The notes: generated from the letters alone by a model not told the origin. A stretch of 64,000 nt of DNA from Eimeria praecox (GCA_963920595.1 OY986948.1:3844001-3908000), one strand, 5' to 3'. Positions 27,493-44,882 are shown, numbered from the stretch's first letter. Translations and numbers: made by a program.

Positions 27493-27740
27493 GTTAGGGG
27501 TTAGGGTTTAGGGTTTAGGGTTGTATAGGGTTTAGGGTTGTCTAGGGTTTAGGGTTTAGGGTTTAGGGTTTAGGGTTTAGGGTTTAGGGGTTAGGGGTTA
27601 GGGGTTAGGGCTGTCTAGGGTTTAGGGTTTAGGGTTTAGGAGTTAGGGCTTAGGGTTTAGGGTTTAGGGTTGTCTAGGGTTTAGGGGTTAGGGTTTAGGG
27701 TTTAGGGTTTAGGGTTTAGGGTTTAGGGTTTAGGGTTTAG
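27493..27740. repeat. Interstitial telomere-like heptamer array (TTTAGGG)n with TTAGGGG and GGGTTGTCTA variants
   Basis: Directly visible; begins ~30 bp upstream of the giant-gene ATG. Confidence 0.97.
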
Positions 27741-28102
27741 ATATACAGCAACAAGCACTAGAAATCCAAATTTTTAGTAAAATAAATAAATAATTGAACA
27801 TATTATATTTAAATAAATAATTAAATATAAATAAATAAATAAATAAATATATTTATATATTTATATATTTATATATTTATATATAAATATATATTTATAT
27901 ATAAATTAAATACAATATTATTCAAACAATATAACAAACAGATATCATCATCAACTTAAGACCTTAATATACCGATTTAACACCATTTTATTATATTTTT
28001 CTTGTTTATTTTATTTTATTTTATTTTATTTTGTTTTATTTTATTTAATTTGATTCATTTTAAAAGAAATACATACAAATAAAACAACTGCTATACTCGC
28101 CG

Positions 28103-28140
<38 letters not shown>

Positions 28141-28574
28141 CACCGACCTGTTTCTTCTTCTTTTTGTATGTTTTTTTGTGTTTTTTTGTATTTTTTTCTT
28201 TATTTTATAATTATTTTCAACAATTTATTCAAATAAAAACAGAAAAAACCACAAAAACGCAGTTATTTAAGCCTATTTAACACATAAAACCATCGGTCTG
28301 TGCCCACCCCCGACGCCCCGCCTCACCCTTTCAAGTCAGAGTCACCGGCGGGTAGATCGGTTGCATGACAGGCAGAGTTTTGGTCTTTCTCTGTCGTTTT
28401 TCTTTGTTTTTTTCTTGAAATACACCGTAAATTCGTATTTAAAATAAAATTTAACGCATTTTAAATCTAAAAACATTCAAAAACGATATAATATAAGAGC
28501 AAAACACAAAATCAGGTGTATATGTGCTCAGAAACATAGAAACGAGAAGACAGTCTTCGACAGATACGAAGATA

Positions 28575-29303
28575 TTAAATTAAATTAAATTAAATTAAAT
28601 TAAATTAAATTAAATTAAATTAAATTAAATTAAATTAAATTAAATTAAATTAAATTAAATTAAATTAAATTAAATTAAATTAAATTAAATTAAATTAAAT
28701 TAAATTAAATTAAATTAAATTAAATTAAATTAAATTAAATTAAATTAAATTAAATTAAATTAAATTAAATTAAATTAAATTAAATTAAATTAAATTAAAT
28801 TAAATTAAATTAAATTAAATTAAATTAAATTAAATTAAATTAAATTAAATTAAATTAAATTAAATTAAATTAAATTAAATTAACTTAAATTAAATTAAAT
28901 TAAATTAAATTAAATTAAATTAAATTAAATTAAATTAAATTAAATTAAATTAAATTAAATTAAATTAAATTAAATTAAATTAAATTAAATTAAATTAAAT
29001 TAAATTAAATTAAATTAAATTAAATTAAATTAAATTAAATTAAATTAAATTAAATTAAATTAAATTAAATTAAATTAAATTAAATTAACTTAAATTAAAT
29101 TAAATTAAATTAAATTAAATTAAATTAAATTAAATTAAATTAAATTAAATTAAATTAAATTAAATTAAATTAAATTAAATTAAATTAAATTAAATTAAAT
29201 TAAATTAAATTAAATTAAATTAAATTAAATTAAATTAAATTAAATTAAATTAAATTAAATTAAATTAAATTAAATTAAATTAAATTAAATTAAATTAAAT
29301 TAA
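28575..29303. repeat. (TTAAA)n pentamer satellite, ~145 copies
   Basis: Near-perfect run with two TAACT variants (~28881, ~29086). Confidence 0.97.
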
Positions 29304-29440
29304 TATATTTAATATTTATCTGCTTAGTTGTGTTGTGTATAATGTTTTATGTATTTGTTTGTTTTTTATTTATTGTTTAAATATTCTTCTCTCTTCTCTT
29401 TATAGATAATATACATAATATATATATTTATATATATTTA

Positions 29441-29504
<64 letters not shown>

Positions 29505-29560
29505 ATTATCTATGTATATGAATAATATAAATAATATATATATTTTATATACATTTAAAA

Positions 29561-29607
<47 letters not shown>

Positions 29608-30785
29608 AAGCTAAGAGTTAGTTTATTCTTTACTTGCTTATTTTATTTATCTTATTTTATTTTATTTTATTTTATTTATTTTATTTTATTTTTATTTATT
29701 TTTATTTTATTTTAATTTATTTATTCTGTCTTCTCATTTAATCTTCTTTCATTATTTTTCTTAGTTTGTTTTTCTTGATTTGTCTCTTCTGTTATTTTAT
29801 TTTATTTATTATTTTATTTTATTTATTTTAATTTTATTTTATTTATTTTTATTTTATTTTATTTATTTTAATTTTATTTTATTTGTTTTTATTTTATTTC
29901 ATTTATTTTAATTTTATTTTATTTATTTTAATTTTATTTTATTTATTTATTTTCTCATTTTCTCTCCTTCTCTCCTCCTCCTTTCTTCTCTTATTTTTAT
30001 TTTTATTTTTATTTTATTTTTATTTATTTTTATTTATTTATATTTATTTTTATTTATATTTATTTTTGTTTATTTATTTATTTATTTTATTTTCTCTCAT
30101 CGTCGAGTACAAAAACAAAACAACATCTACTTGACAAGATTTATACTTTCTATGTATTGTTTATTTTTTATTTATTTATATTTATCTATTTATATTTATT
30201 TATATTTATATTTATATTTATTTATATTTATATTCATTTCTATTTATTTATCTTTATTTATCTTCATTTATCTTTATTTATATTTTATTTATATTTATTT
30301 ATATTTATTTATATTTATTTATATTTATTTATATTTATTTATATTTATTTATATTAGCTCACGTGCGGTTTAAACAAATATACAAACAAAGCTTCAAATA
30401 CAAGTGCAGCAGCAGCAGCAGCAACAGCAGCAACAACAGCAGCAACAGCAGCAGCAACAGCAGCAGCAACAGCAGCAGCAACAGCAGCAGCAACAGCAGC
30501 AGCAACAGCAGCAGCAACAGCAGCAGCAGCAACAGCAGCAACAACAGCAGCAGCAACACCAGCAGCAACAGCAGCAGCAGCAACACCAGCAGCAACAGCA
30601 GCAGCAGCCAGCACTCATCGTTTGCTGCTGTTTTTCTGTCTTTGTTTGTTTGTTCTAAATATTTATTAATAATTTTATTCTTCTTTTCTCTTTCTATATT
30701 TAAACTTAACAGCGTTTGCTGCTATTGCTGCTGCTGTTGCTGCTGTTGCTGCTGCTATTGCTGCTGCTATTGCTGCTGCTGCTGC

Positions 30786-30816
<31 letters not shown>

Positions 30817-31159
30817 ATTGTTAGTATCCTAATACTATATTCATATATCTACCTCCATCTCTATAAAAATATAAATATCTATATATCTATATACCTATAT
30901 CTACCTATCTATCTATACATCTATCTATATATCTATATCTATATCTATATCTATATCTATATCTATATCTATATCTATATCTATATCTATATCTATATCT
31001 ATATCTATATCTATATCTATATCTATATCTATATCTATATCTATATCTATATATCTATATCTATATCTATCTATCGATATATCTATATCTATATCTATCT
31101 ATATATCTATATCTATATCTATATCTATATCTACCTATCTATCTATCTATCTATCTATC

Positions 31160-31239
<80 letters not shown>

Positions 31240-31411
31240 CAGACACAGATACAGATATAATATATAATTTAAATGACAAATTAAAAGATAAGTAATCGTC
31301 AATAGATATACTCATACGCCTTCTGAGGTGTACATACACCTCAAGTTGCTGTTAGAGCTAACTTGTTGTTTTCTAATAATAATTTAAAATTGTGTGTTTT
31401 ATTATTAATTA

Positions 31412-31458
<47 letters not shown>

Positions 31459-31495
31459 ATATATTTTATATTATCTTTCTTTTATTCTTCTTCTT

Positions 31496-34434
<2,939 letters not shown>

Positions 34435-34481
34435 TGTTGTATCCCTCGAGAGCGTTTAAGTGTGCGATATCCGCAGCAGCC

Positions 34482-34518
<37 letters not shown>

Positions 34519-34544
34519 TTGCTGCTGCTGCTGCTGCTGCTGCT

Positions 34545-34581
<37 letters not shown>

Positions 34582-35486
34582 TTGTTCTGTCGTGATACGC
34601 AGAGTGCAGCTGAGTACAGAAGTATAAAATGTATAAAATAAATAAATAATTAAATTAAATTAAAATAAAAGAAGAAGAAAAACAAATAAATCAACAGCAG
34701 CAACAAATATTGTGGGAGAGAGGAAGAGGATATAGGATGCGTGTTTATACACTGTAAAGCATCAAATAAATATATATTATACTTACTTTTATAATAAATA
34801 ATAAATAATTATATATTTTAAATCAAATATACATAATTTATTGTATTTATACACTCAAAATCAAATAAACTTCGCCCCCACAAATGCCGTGAATGCCGGC
34901 TATGCATGCGTTGATATCTCCATATATAAATATATCTTTCTCTGTCTTTCTTTGTTTATTTTTATATATATTGTACAAATTAAATTAAATTAAATTAATT
35001 TAATTTAATTTAATTTAATTTAATTTATTTAATTATATTTTATATTTATTTTATACTTATATTCATTTCATGCTTCTTTCGTAAAAAAAACAAACACGCA
35101 CTTGCGTATCTCTCTCTCCAATTTATTTATTTATTTATTTATTTATTTATTTTATTTTATTTAATTTAATTAATTAATTTAATTTATTTATTTTATTTAT
35201 TTAATTTATTTATTTGTTTATTTGTTTTATTTATTTGTTTATTTGTATTATTTGCTCTTTTATATATATCTACTTATCGCTTTAGAGTATATCTACTATT
35301 CTTATATTTGTTTGTTTATATATACTTTTATGTCTTTCTCTATTTATTATTTATATATTTAATTAATTTAATTTAATTTAATTTAATTTAATTTAATTTA
35401 ATTTATTTATTTATTGTTTGAGCCTCAAAACATAAAAAGAGAGAGAAGAACAACAAAGACAGCAGCAGCACAGAGCCTATCATCTC

Positions 35487-35740
35487 TCAGCAGCAATTGC
35501 TGCTGCTGCTGCTGCTGCTGCTGCTATTGCTGCTGTTGCTGCTGCTGCTGCTATTATATTTACACCATCGCGACCCCACAGGGCAGCTGCTGCATGCAGC
35601 ATTTGCTGCTGCTGCTGCTGCAGCAGCAGCAGCAGCAGCAGAACAACCAGAAGATAATCTCTGAATGAAAGAAGCAGAGTCAACAACAACACACGAAGCC
35701 TTTCTATACAGAGCAGCAGCATCTGCGGTGTACACGCGAT

Positions 35741-35782
<42 letters not shown>

Positions 35783-35794
35783 TCTTGCTGCTGC

Positions 35795-35834
<40 letters not shown>

Positions 35835-36118
35835 TGTGAAGATAATTGCGCTCTTATAACGAAGGAAGCGAATCGTTTCTTCTATCCATTGTTGCTGCAG
35901 CAGCGGGGCCTCAGGTAGTTGCTGCTGCAGCTGCTGCTGCAGCATTTGCTGCTGCTGCTGCTGCTGCCGCACATATCGTCCTTCTTGCTGCTGTGATGGC
36001 ACCATAAGGTCTAAACCATTGCTATGTATTGCTTCTATAGCACATTCATACACATCACCAGCCTGCTGCAGCAGCAGCAGCAGCTGCTGCTGCTGCTGCT
36101 GCTCCTCCTCCTCCTCAG

Positions 36119-36150
<32 letters not shown>

Positions 36151-36306
36151 AGCTGCTGCAGCAGCAGCTCGATATGAGTTAATACAAAATCTCCTAGGGT
36201 TAGAGGCAGCAGCAGCCGCACAGACACAGGAAGCTGCAGGTTGCTGCTGCTGCAGCGGAGTTGATGCAGCAGCAGCAGCGCAACGTCCTTACAAGCTTCA
36301 TTCCTC

Positions 36307-36348
<42 letters not shown>

Positions 36349-36559
36349 TTGCTGCTGCTGCTGTTGCTGCTGCTGTTGCTGCTTCCGTTGCAGAGGGTCC
36401 GCATGCGCTTTGCTGCTGGCATTTGCGCTTTCTTTGCTTCCTGCTGCTGCTGCTGCTGCTGCTGCTGCAGGTAGATATCTGTGATCTGCTGCAGCAGGAA
36501 AGCAACAACTGATTTTGCTGCTGCAGGTCGAAGCACCTTCATCAACTGCGGAAGCCAAC

Positions 36560-36595
<36 letters not shown>

Positions 36596-36727
36596 TTGCT
36601 GTTGTTGCTGCTGCTGCTCCTTTTGCTGCTGTTGCTGCAATGAGTGCAGCAGCAAGACGTTTGCCCTCAGCAGCAGATACACTCAACGGCTGCAGAAGGT
36701 TGAGCAGCGGCAGCAGATTCGTGCTGC

Positions 36728-36759
<32 letters not shown>

Positions 36760-37043
36760 TTGCTGCTGTTGCTGCTGCTGCTGCTGCTGATTTCGGTCTG
36801 CAGCTCTAGCAAAGCCAGCGCTGCAGCAGCGTTGGGGTGTACAGACACCACGTGCTGCAGCACGTCTGCTGCTTCCAGCAGCAGCTGCTGCTGCTCCTCT
36901 GCTGCTGCTGCAGCAGCAGCAGCAACAGATAAAATCTGCAGCAGCGAAGATAAGGACATAACTGCCTGCTGCAGCAGATGCGTCTCAGCAGCAGCAGCAA
37001 ACACTGCTGCTGCTTCCTGCTGCAGCGCCAATGCTAGCCCTGA

Positions 37044-37095
<52 letters not shown>

Positions 37096-37194
37096 TTGCA
37101 GCGTTTCTGCTGCTGCTGCTGCTGTGCTTTGCTGAGCTTGTCTGTCATCGTCCGCAGTGTCCGCTGCAGCAGTCGTAGCAGCCGCATCCTCTGT

Positions 37195-37269
<75 letters not shown>

Positions 37270-37373
37270 GCAGGCATCCAAATAGCCTTCCATATAACTT
37301 CAGCTTGCTGCTGCAGACTCTCCGGATCAGCTAGCAGCTGCAAGCTGCTGCTGTTGCTGCTGCTGCTGCTGTC

Positions 37374-37412
<39 letters not shown>

Positions 37413-37545
37413 AGGTTGCAGGCAGCAGACAGCTAGAACGTCTGGATGCAGCAGCAGCAGATTTGCTGCTGCAGTAAATCCGTTGTTTTTGAGTGTATCT
37501 ACAGCAGCTGCTGCAATATCTTCTTCATCATCTTCCCTATCCCCC

Positions 37546-37608
<63 letters not shown>

Positions 37609-37705
37609 ATCAGCTCGTTGCCATCGTGCAGCACTATCGGCGTATCTTCTCCCTCCACATCAATAACTACATCCAGAGAATCAAACCAGTTGCTCTTGCT
37701 GCTGC

Positions 37706-37746
<41 letters not shown>

Positions 37747-37911
37747 TTGCTGCTGCTGTTGCTGCCTGCTGCATGCAAGGTTGCTAGGAAGGGCCCCAGC
37801 AGGATAGCGGTTTGCGGTGTATCTGCAGCAGCAGTAAATATTGCTTCCAGACACTCCATCACCAAATTCTGCTGCTGCTGCTGCTCCTGCTCCTGCTGCT
37901 CCTGCTGCTCC

Positions 37912-37949
<38 letters not shown>

Positions 37950-38158
37950 CGTCTTCTCCAGGAGCAGCAGCTTCCAACGGAGTGCCTCGAATAGGGGTTG
38001 CTGTTTCGCTGCGTCTCTGAGGTGTATAGACAGCTGCTGCTGCAGGTCTGCTGTCTCCTGCTGCAGCAGCTGCTGCGCTATGCTTGCTTCTAACTGTAGA
38101 GACAAATCCAACGCCTGCAGCAAGAACGAATCTCTCTCGCTTGTGTCTCCTCCCTCAC

Positions 38159-38214
<56 letters not shown>

Positions 38215-38383
38215 GTGGTGGTGGTGGTGCTTGTGGTGTTGATAGCTGCAGGTACAGTTGCTGCTGCTGCTGTAGCAGCTCTCTCAGCTAGCTGCTCGAC
38301 AGCAGCAGCAACAATAATTTTGCAAGGCTGTAGAGACACCTGAATCGTCTCTGTCTCCATAGCCATCTGTGCAGCCTTATTCA

Positions 38384-38442
<59 letters not shown>

Positions 38443-38599
38443 ATATTTGGTAGCTTAAGGACATCAGGGTCTTCTTCTTCGCTGTCTGCTGCTGCTGCTG
38501 CAGCAGCAGCAGCTGCTGCTTCTGCTGCTTCTGCGTCTGTCTTTGCTGCTGCTGCTGCATCCGCCTCCGCAGCAGCAGCAGCACCATCACCACCGCCAT

Positions 38600-38632
<33 letters not shown>

Positions 38633-39030
38633 TACTTCTTGTTATTCGTGCAGAACACAATCTATAAACAGCAGCAGCTTCAAGCCGCAGCAGCTGCATC
38701 CACGCTGCTGCTTCTCCCCTACAGAAGCGTACCGACAGCAGCAGCAAACGCCTAGCAGCAGCAATCTCGCCTTGCTGCAGCAACCTATCTGCTGCTAGGA
38801 TCCACAGACCGCAGCATCTCGGGTGTACAGACAGCCCCCTCATAATCTGCTTCAAAACCATTTTCGTTGCTCCTAACTGCAGCAGAATATCAATAAAAGT
38901 ATAATATAAACAAATATCATCTCCCTTCCTTTTAAGAAGACGTTTGAATATTAAACTTACTCTTCTTATCGCTGCAGATAAATACAATATCTTGCTGCTT
39001 CTCAGACTATCATACCTCCTTTGAAGCTTC

Positions 39031-39061
<31 letters not shown>

Positions 39062-39410
39062 TGCTGCTGTTGCTGCTGCTGCTGTTGCTGCTGTTTTTAG
39101 AACGAGCTGCGAGTCGATTCTGCTTCTGCTGCTGCTTCTGCTGCTGCTTTTGCTGCTGCAGCTGCTGCTGCAGCAGCAGCAGCATGTTGTTAGTTCTGTG
39201 TCGAATTAAACAATAAAGCGAAAGCTCGAAAGCAACAAACTCCAAGAATAGACGAGAAGGAAGAGACCTACGACAAGATATATTATACTCGTACCTTCGT
39301 CTTCTCTGTATAATTGTTTGAATCTCCTGCTGCTGCAGCAGCTGCTGCTGCTGCTGCCGACGCAGCTCCCCTGCCCACTCCTCCAAACGTTCTTCTATGG
39401 CTTCAGCCAT
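35487..39410 (-). CDS. UTP6: U3 snoRNA-associated protein 6 (UTP6, HAT-repeat SSU processome protein), 1307 aa, apparently intronless
   Basis: N-terminus MAEAIEERLEEWAGEL..EIQTIIQRRRRYEYNISCRR..LFLEFVAFELSLYCLIRHR, and HAT repeats IRRVSLIFKRLLKR..LYYTFI..IMRGLSVHPRCCGLWILAA..AARRLLLLSVRFCRGEAAAWMQLLRLE. Confidence 0.88.
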
Positions 39411-39419
39411 TGTTATTTA

Positions 39420-39468
<49 letters not shown>

Positions 39469-39477
39469 TTGCTGCTG

Positions 39478-39508
<31 letters not shown>

Positions 39509-39591
39509 TGCTGCTGCTGATGATGTTGCTGCTGTTGCTGCTGCTGTTGTTGCTGCTGTTGCTGGTGTTGCTGGTGTTGTTTTCAGAATCG

Positions 39592-39626
<35 letters not shown>

Positions 39627-39703
39627 TTGTTGTTGTTGGTAGTGATCTTGCTGCAGCAGACGGAGGCCTCAGCAGACAGACATCAGCAGCAGCGCCGACA
39701 GCT

Positions 39704-39742
<39 letters not shown>

Positions 39743-40081
39743 TCGCCGCTGCTGATGCGGTTGATGCTACCACCCTGCTGCTGCTGCTGCTGTATTCTGG
39801 CTGCCCTAGCAGCAGCAACAGCAGCAACAGCAGCAGCAGCAGCAGCAGTTGCGTGGGGTGCAACAACAACAGCAATAACAGCTACAACAGCAGCATCAAT
39901 ACGAGCTGCAGCAGCAACAGCAGATAGAACCTTTCTTGTTTTTTATTGCTTATCTACTTAATGTTCTTCTCTGTGTTTATTTGAAATATTTAATTAAATA
40001 AATTTAATTTATATGTAATAAAGAAAAACAGAAAATATCGCAGCAGCCCCACAGCCCTTATGCAGCCCCGAGTGTGGGGCC

Positions 40082-40145
<64 letters not shown>

Positions 40146-40725
40146 GATTAGGATTAGGATATTCCTCAACAGCAGCAGCAACAAACAAAGCGTAGAAATG
40201 TTATATTTATTTATTTTATTTTATATTTTTTAATTTTCTGTTCTGCTGATTTAGAGTTATATTCTACTTTATATTTCGGGTGTATAGGCAGCTCACCACC
40301 GCCTGCCTGCTGCTGCAGCATATTAACGATATTCCTCAATAAAAAAAAGAAATAAATATATAAATAAATATAAATAATTAATTTAAATATAAATATAAAT
40401 AAAAAATATAAAAATATAATACAGATATTCATACAATTACTACTAACTACGTAGCTACTACCACCGCGAGCAGATATAACTCGGAGGCAGATTATGTTTA
40501 TGGTATTAATAAATATAAAATTAATTAATTAATTTAATTAATTTAATTAATTTAATTAATTAATTTAATTATTTAATTAAATAATACATTTATTTGTTTA
40601 TTTTCATTGAATTAACTGCATTCTCTCTCCTTCTACTTCTGCTGTATAAGTCAAACAAACACACACAGAAAGCAATATAGCAACAACAACTTCGGGTGTA
40701 TCTGCAGCTTCAGGTGTATCTGCAG

Positions 40726-40774
<49 letters not shown>

Positions 40775-40903
40775 AATTATTCTGGTGTATAGGCAGCTCC
40801 TCCATACAAATCTACCTTCATATTTTGTTTGTTGCACAAAACCTTCTTCATCGCTTCCGTTCAACAGCGATGTTGCTGTATCCCCCAAAACCAAAACTGC
40901 TGC

Positions 40904-40943
<40 letters not shown>

Positions 40944-41467
40944 TCTATGCTGCAGCTGCAGAATCCCTCATGCAGTTGCTGCTGCTGCAGCAGCAGCTCT
41001 GCTGCAGCAACTGCAGCAGCAGCAGCAGCAGCAGCACGGAGCAGCACTTTGCTGCCTCTAACTTGGTTGATTGAATCAAACAAAACCAAAACTCAAAACC
41101 ATATTGCTGCAGCAGCACCTACAAGCTGCTGCTGCTGCTGCAGCAGCAGCAGCAGGTGCTGCTGCTGCTGCTGCTGCTGCTTCTATTGCTGCAAATGAAG
41201 AATGCGGATATACTACCTGGAAAGAGCTGCTGCAGCAGCGCTAGCAGCAAAAGCTGCTACGGACATCCCTGCTGCTGCTGCTGCTGCTGTTATTGTTGCT
41301 GCTGCTGCTGCTGCTGTTATTGTTGCTGCTGCTGCTGCTGCTGCTCTGTGTGCAGCACAACTGCTGCATCCGACACGGCTCAGGAGTTTGATAAGAATGC
41401 AAAACAAGAAAAGCAGCTAGCCCGCTGCTGCTGCTGCTGCTGCTGTTGCTGCTGCTGTTGCTGTTGC

Positions 41468-41520
<53 letters not shown>

Positions 41521-41527
41521 CAGGAAG

Positions 41528-42108
41528 CTAGTCGCTGTCATGCTGCTGCTGCTGCTGCTGTGCTTTCCTTAGACGCATCATTTCGATTTGTTCTTCGCTG
41601 TATATAAAAACAAAATCAAAGACACAATAAAATAAATAATATTTATTAATTATATTTAAATAATAATATAAATAATATAAATAATATAAATAATATAAAT
41701 AATATAAATAATATAAATAATATAAATAATATAAATAATATAAATAATATAAATAATATAAATATTAATACTAAAAATATTAGAAATAATAACACATTGT
41801 CAACAACAGCAGCAGCAACTGCAGCAGCAACTGCAGCAGCAACAGCAGCAGCAACAGCAGCAGCAACAGCAGCAGCAACAGCAGCAGCAACAGCAGCAGC
41901 AACAGCAGCAGCAACAGCAGCAGCAACAGCAGCAGCAACAGCAGCAGCAATAGCAGCAGCAACAGCAGCAGCAATAGCAGCAGCAACTGCAGCAGCAACT
42001 GCAGCAGCAACTGTACACCGCTGCAAGACCTGCTGCTGCTGCTGCTGCTGCTGTTGCTGCTGCAGTTGCTGCCATTGCATACAACAACAATACCAACAGC
42101 TACAACTC

Positions 42109-42157
<49 letters not shown>

Positions 42158-42195
42158 AGCACTACTCACCCATTTCCTTTGTACTTCTTCTCAGG

Positions 42196-42228
<33 letters not shown>

Positions 42229-42321
42229 AGCAGCAGCAGCACCTTCAGCATCACCATCCTGCTTAGAAGTATTATATGTTGCTGTTATCTCCTCCTCCTT
42301 CTGCTTCTGCTTCTGCTGCTT

Positions 42322-42363
<42 letters not shown>

Positions 42364-42576
42364 TTGTTTGATTTGTGTTTGTAATGCTTCTATTAGTGTG
42401 GAATATTTATTTAATATCTTCGATGTTCTCCAAACAAACAACCACAGAACTAAACAGAATAATTCAATCCATAGATTTCTCTCATGCCGTAATTGATAGC
42501 TATTACTTCCTCTTCCTGTATTTGCTGTATTTGCTGCTGCTGCTGCTGCTGCAGCTATAGCTTCAGGTTTACCTGC

Positions 42577-42609
<33 letters not shown>

Positions 42610-42822
42610 ATATATATCTTTTAATTTTAGATAAGTTAGAAATAAACGAAGACACGAATATAAACATATACTTGCAGCTACACCAATCCGTACAACCCCC
42701 AGCTGTATGTGCAGACAGCAGAATCGTAAACATACACGATGTGCCTGCGGCGTAGATATAAAAATTAGAAAAAAACCCAAAATACCTCCGAAAGGAAGAA
42801 AGAAATACGCAAAATCCTTCAT
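41528..42822 (-). CDS. BAP29/BAP31-like ER membrane protein, ~240 aa; model complement(join(41528..41597,42170..42822))
   Basis: Three hydrophobic segments, the motif LRHERNLWIELFCLVLWLFVWR (cf. BAP31 F..QRN.YI..F.L.L...R), then a coiled coil. Phase-2 intron GG|GTGAGT (42169) ... ATACAG|C (41598) gives the C-terminus EEQIEMMRLRKAQQQQQQHDSD*. Confidence 0.7.
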
Positions 42823-42927
42823 CCTTTTTATTTATTTATATTTATATTCGTTCTTATCTCAAAAAAATAAACAAAAATCATATACATACCTTGTTGTTGC
42901 TGTTGCTGCTGCTGTTGCTGCTGTTGA

Positions 42928-42968
<41 letters not shown>

Positions 42969-43090
42969 CTGCTGTTGCTGCTGTTGCTGTTGCTGCTGCT
43001 GTTTATTCATAAGAAGGATTCATTCATAATATATACATACAGAAACACACACTTATCGCGTGCTAGCTGCGATGCAGCTGCAGCTGCTGC

Positions 43091-43121
<31 letters not shown>

Positions 43122-43317
43122 TCCGCTGCTTCCGCCGCGGCCGCCCCGGGCCCCTCGTGCTGCTGCTGCTGCTGCTGCTGCTTCTGCTGCTCTATATTCT
43201 TTAACGAATAACCAATGCTGTGTGTGTTTGAGTCTTAATATTGCTGCTGCTGCTGCTTCTGTAGTAGTAGTAGACATACACACATCAGCAGCAGCAGCAA
43301 CAGCAGCAACAGCAGCA

Positions 43318-43355
<38 letters not shown>

Positions 43356-43544
43356 TCATAGACAATTCGTGTTGCCTTCGGCGCATGCGAGGCGCTGCTG
43401 CTGCTGCAGCAACAGCAGCAACAGCAGCAACAGCAGCAAAATGTGTGTATGATATCTTAGATATATTTAATTTATAATTGAAGAAGAAAGAGAGATAGAC
43501 TGCAGCAAACACACTTCCTCTCTCGAGCCCCCGCTATATCCGTG

Positions 43545-43575
<31 letters not shown>

Positions 43576-43603
43576 GCAGCAGCAGTAGCAATAACAGCCG
43601 CAG

Positions 43604-43650
<47 letters not shown>

Positions 43651-43727
43651 ACGGATTTGTCTGATTTCGGTTTACTGTCTTCGTCTTCAGCTCTCGAGAT
43701 GCAGCAGCAGCAGCAGCAGCACCCGTA

Positions 43728-43758
<31 letters not shown>

Positions 43759-43938
43759 CAACAACACTGTAAACAGCAGGTTTGTACAGCTGCGGGGTCT
43801 GCTGCAGCAGCGACTGTGAGCAGCAGCAGTAGAAGCAGTAGCAGCAGCAGCAGCAACAGCAGCAGCATCCCCCGCCGCATCACCACCACAGCAGCAGCAG
43901 CAGCAGCTGCTGCTGCTGCTGCAGCAGCAGCAGCAACG

Positions 43939-44285
43939 ATGAATATGATGGAGGTGGACGGTAGAGAACTGCAGCAGCGCAGCTGCAGCAACCTATATAC
44001 TATTGGCGGCGCCACCTGCAGCAGCAGCAGCAGCAGCAATAGCAGCAGCAGCAGCAGTAATGCCAGCAGTAGCAGCAAGAACAGCAGCAGCAACAGCAGC
44101 AGCAAGAACAACAACAGCAGCAGCAGCAGCAATGCTCACAGTATCAGCAAGAGCAGCAGCAGCAGCAGCACCAGCAACAACAGCAACAGCAGCAACAGCA
44201 ACAGCACCATCACCAGCAACAGCAGCAACAGCAGCAACAACAGCATCACCAGCAACAACAGCAACAGCAGCAGCAACAGCAGCAA

Positions 44286-44317
<32 letters not shown>

Positions 44318-44540
44318 GCATCAGTATGTTGGATGAGAGAGGGGGCGAGGATTGTTTGCTGCTGCATCGTCTGAGCGACTCGCTGCTGCTGTCTGTGCTG
44401 CTGCTGCTGCCTCCCATAGAGATAGTTAGCAGCATAGCTGCTGTCTGCAGGAAACTAAGGCAGCTGTCTGTGTCTCCGTATATCTGGCAGCAGCAGCAGC
44501 AGCTGCTGCTGCTGCGGCCTGCTGCTGCAGCACGACGCAC

Positions 44541-44584
<44 letters not shown>

Positions 44585-44747
44585 CGCGTGAGGCGTTCAT
44601 CGCACTGTGTAAGGAGGAAGCACAGAGAAAGAAACTGAGGGCACAGCTGCTGCAGCAGCAGCAACAGCAGCTGCTGCTGTTGCAGCAGCAGCAGCAGCAG
44701 CAGCAACAGTGGTTCGGCTCCTTCAAAAGAAGAAGACATGATAACAG

Positions 44748-44788
<41 letters not shown>

Positions 44789-44844
44789 GCAACGAGATCG
44801 ATGAGGCCCTTCTCCAGTTCGCGGAAATGCAAGCTGCAATGCAG

Positions 44845-44882
<38 letters not shown>

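Noticed and set aside
27493..27740. TTTAGGG array as a true chromosome end
   Set aside because: Short, degenerate, and flanked by genes on both sides; interstitial
28323..28346. SECIS-like UGA..AAA..GA pattern or tRNA in the GC island
   Set aside because: The upper helix is far too short for a SECIS, it is not in a 3' UTR of a UGA-containing gene, and there is no cloverleaf or T-loop
36481..38343. 620-aa antisense ORF overlapping UTP6, and similar antisense ORFs over other genes
   Set aside because: Expected shadow of CAG/GCT-rich coding sequence, yielding poly-L/C; no independent evidence
39420..41500. Possible extra gene between UTP6 and the BAP31-like gene (ORFs 40211-40432, 40727-41089, 40785-41198)
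   Set aside because: I could not assemble a consistent spliced frame or recognise a motif; may be UTR sequence, though a small gene is not excluded
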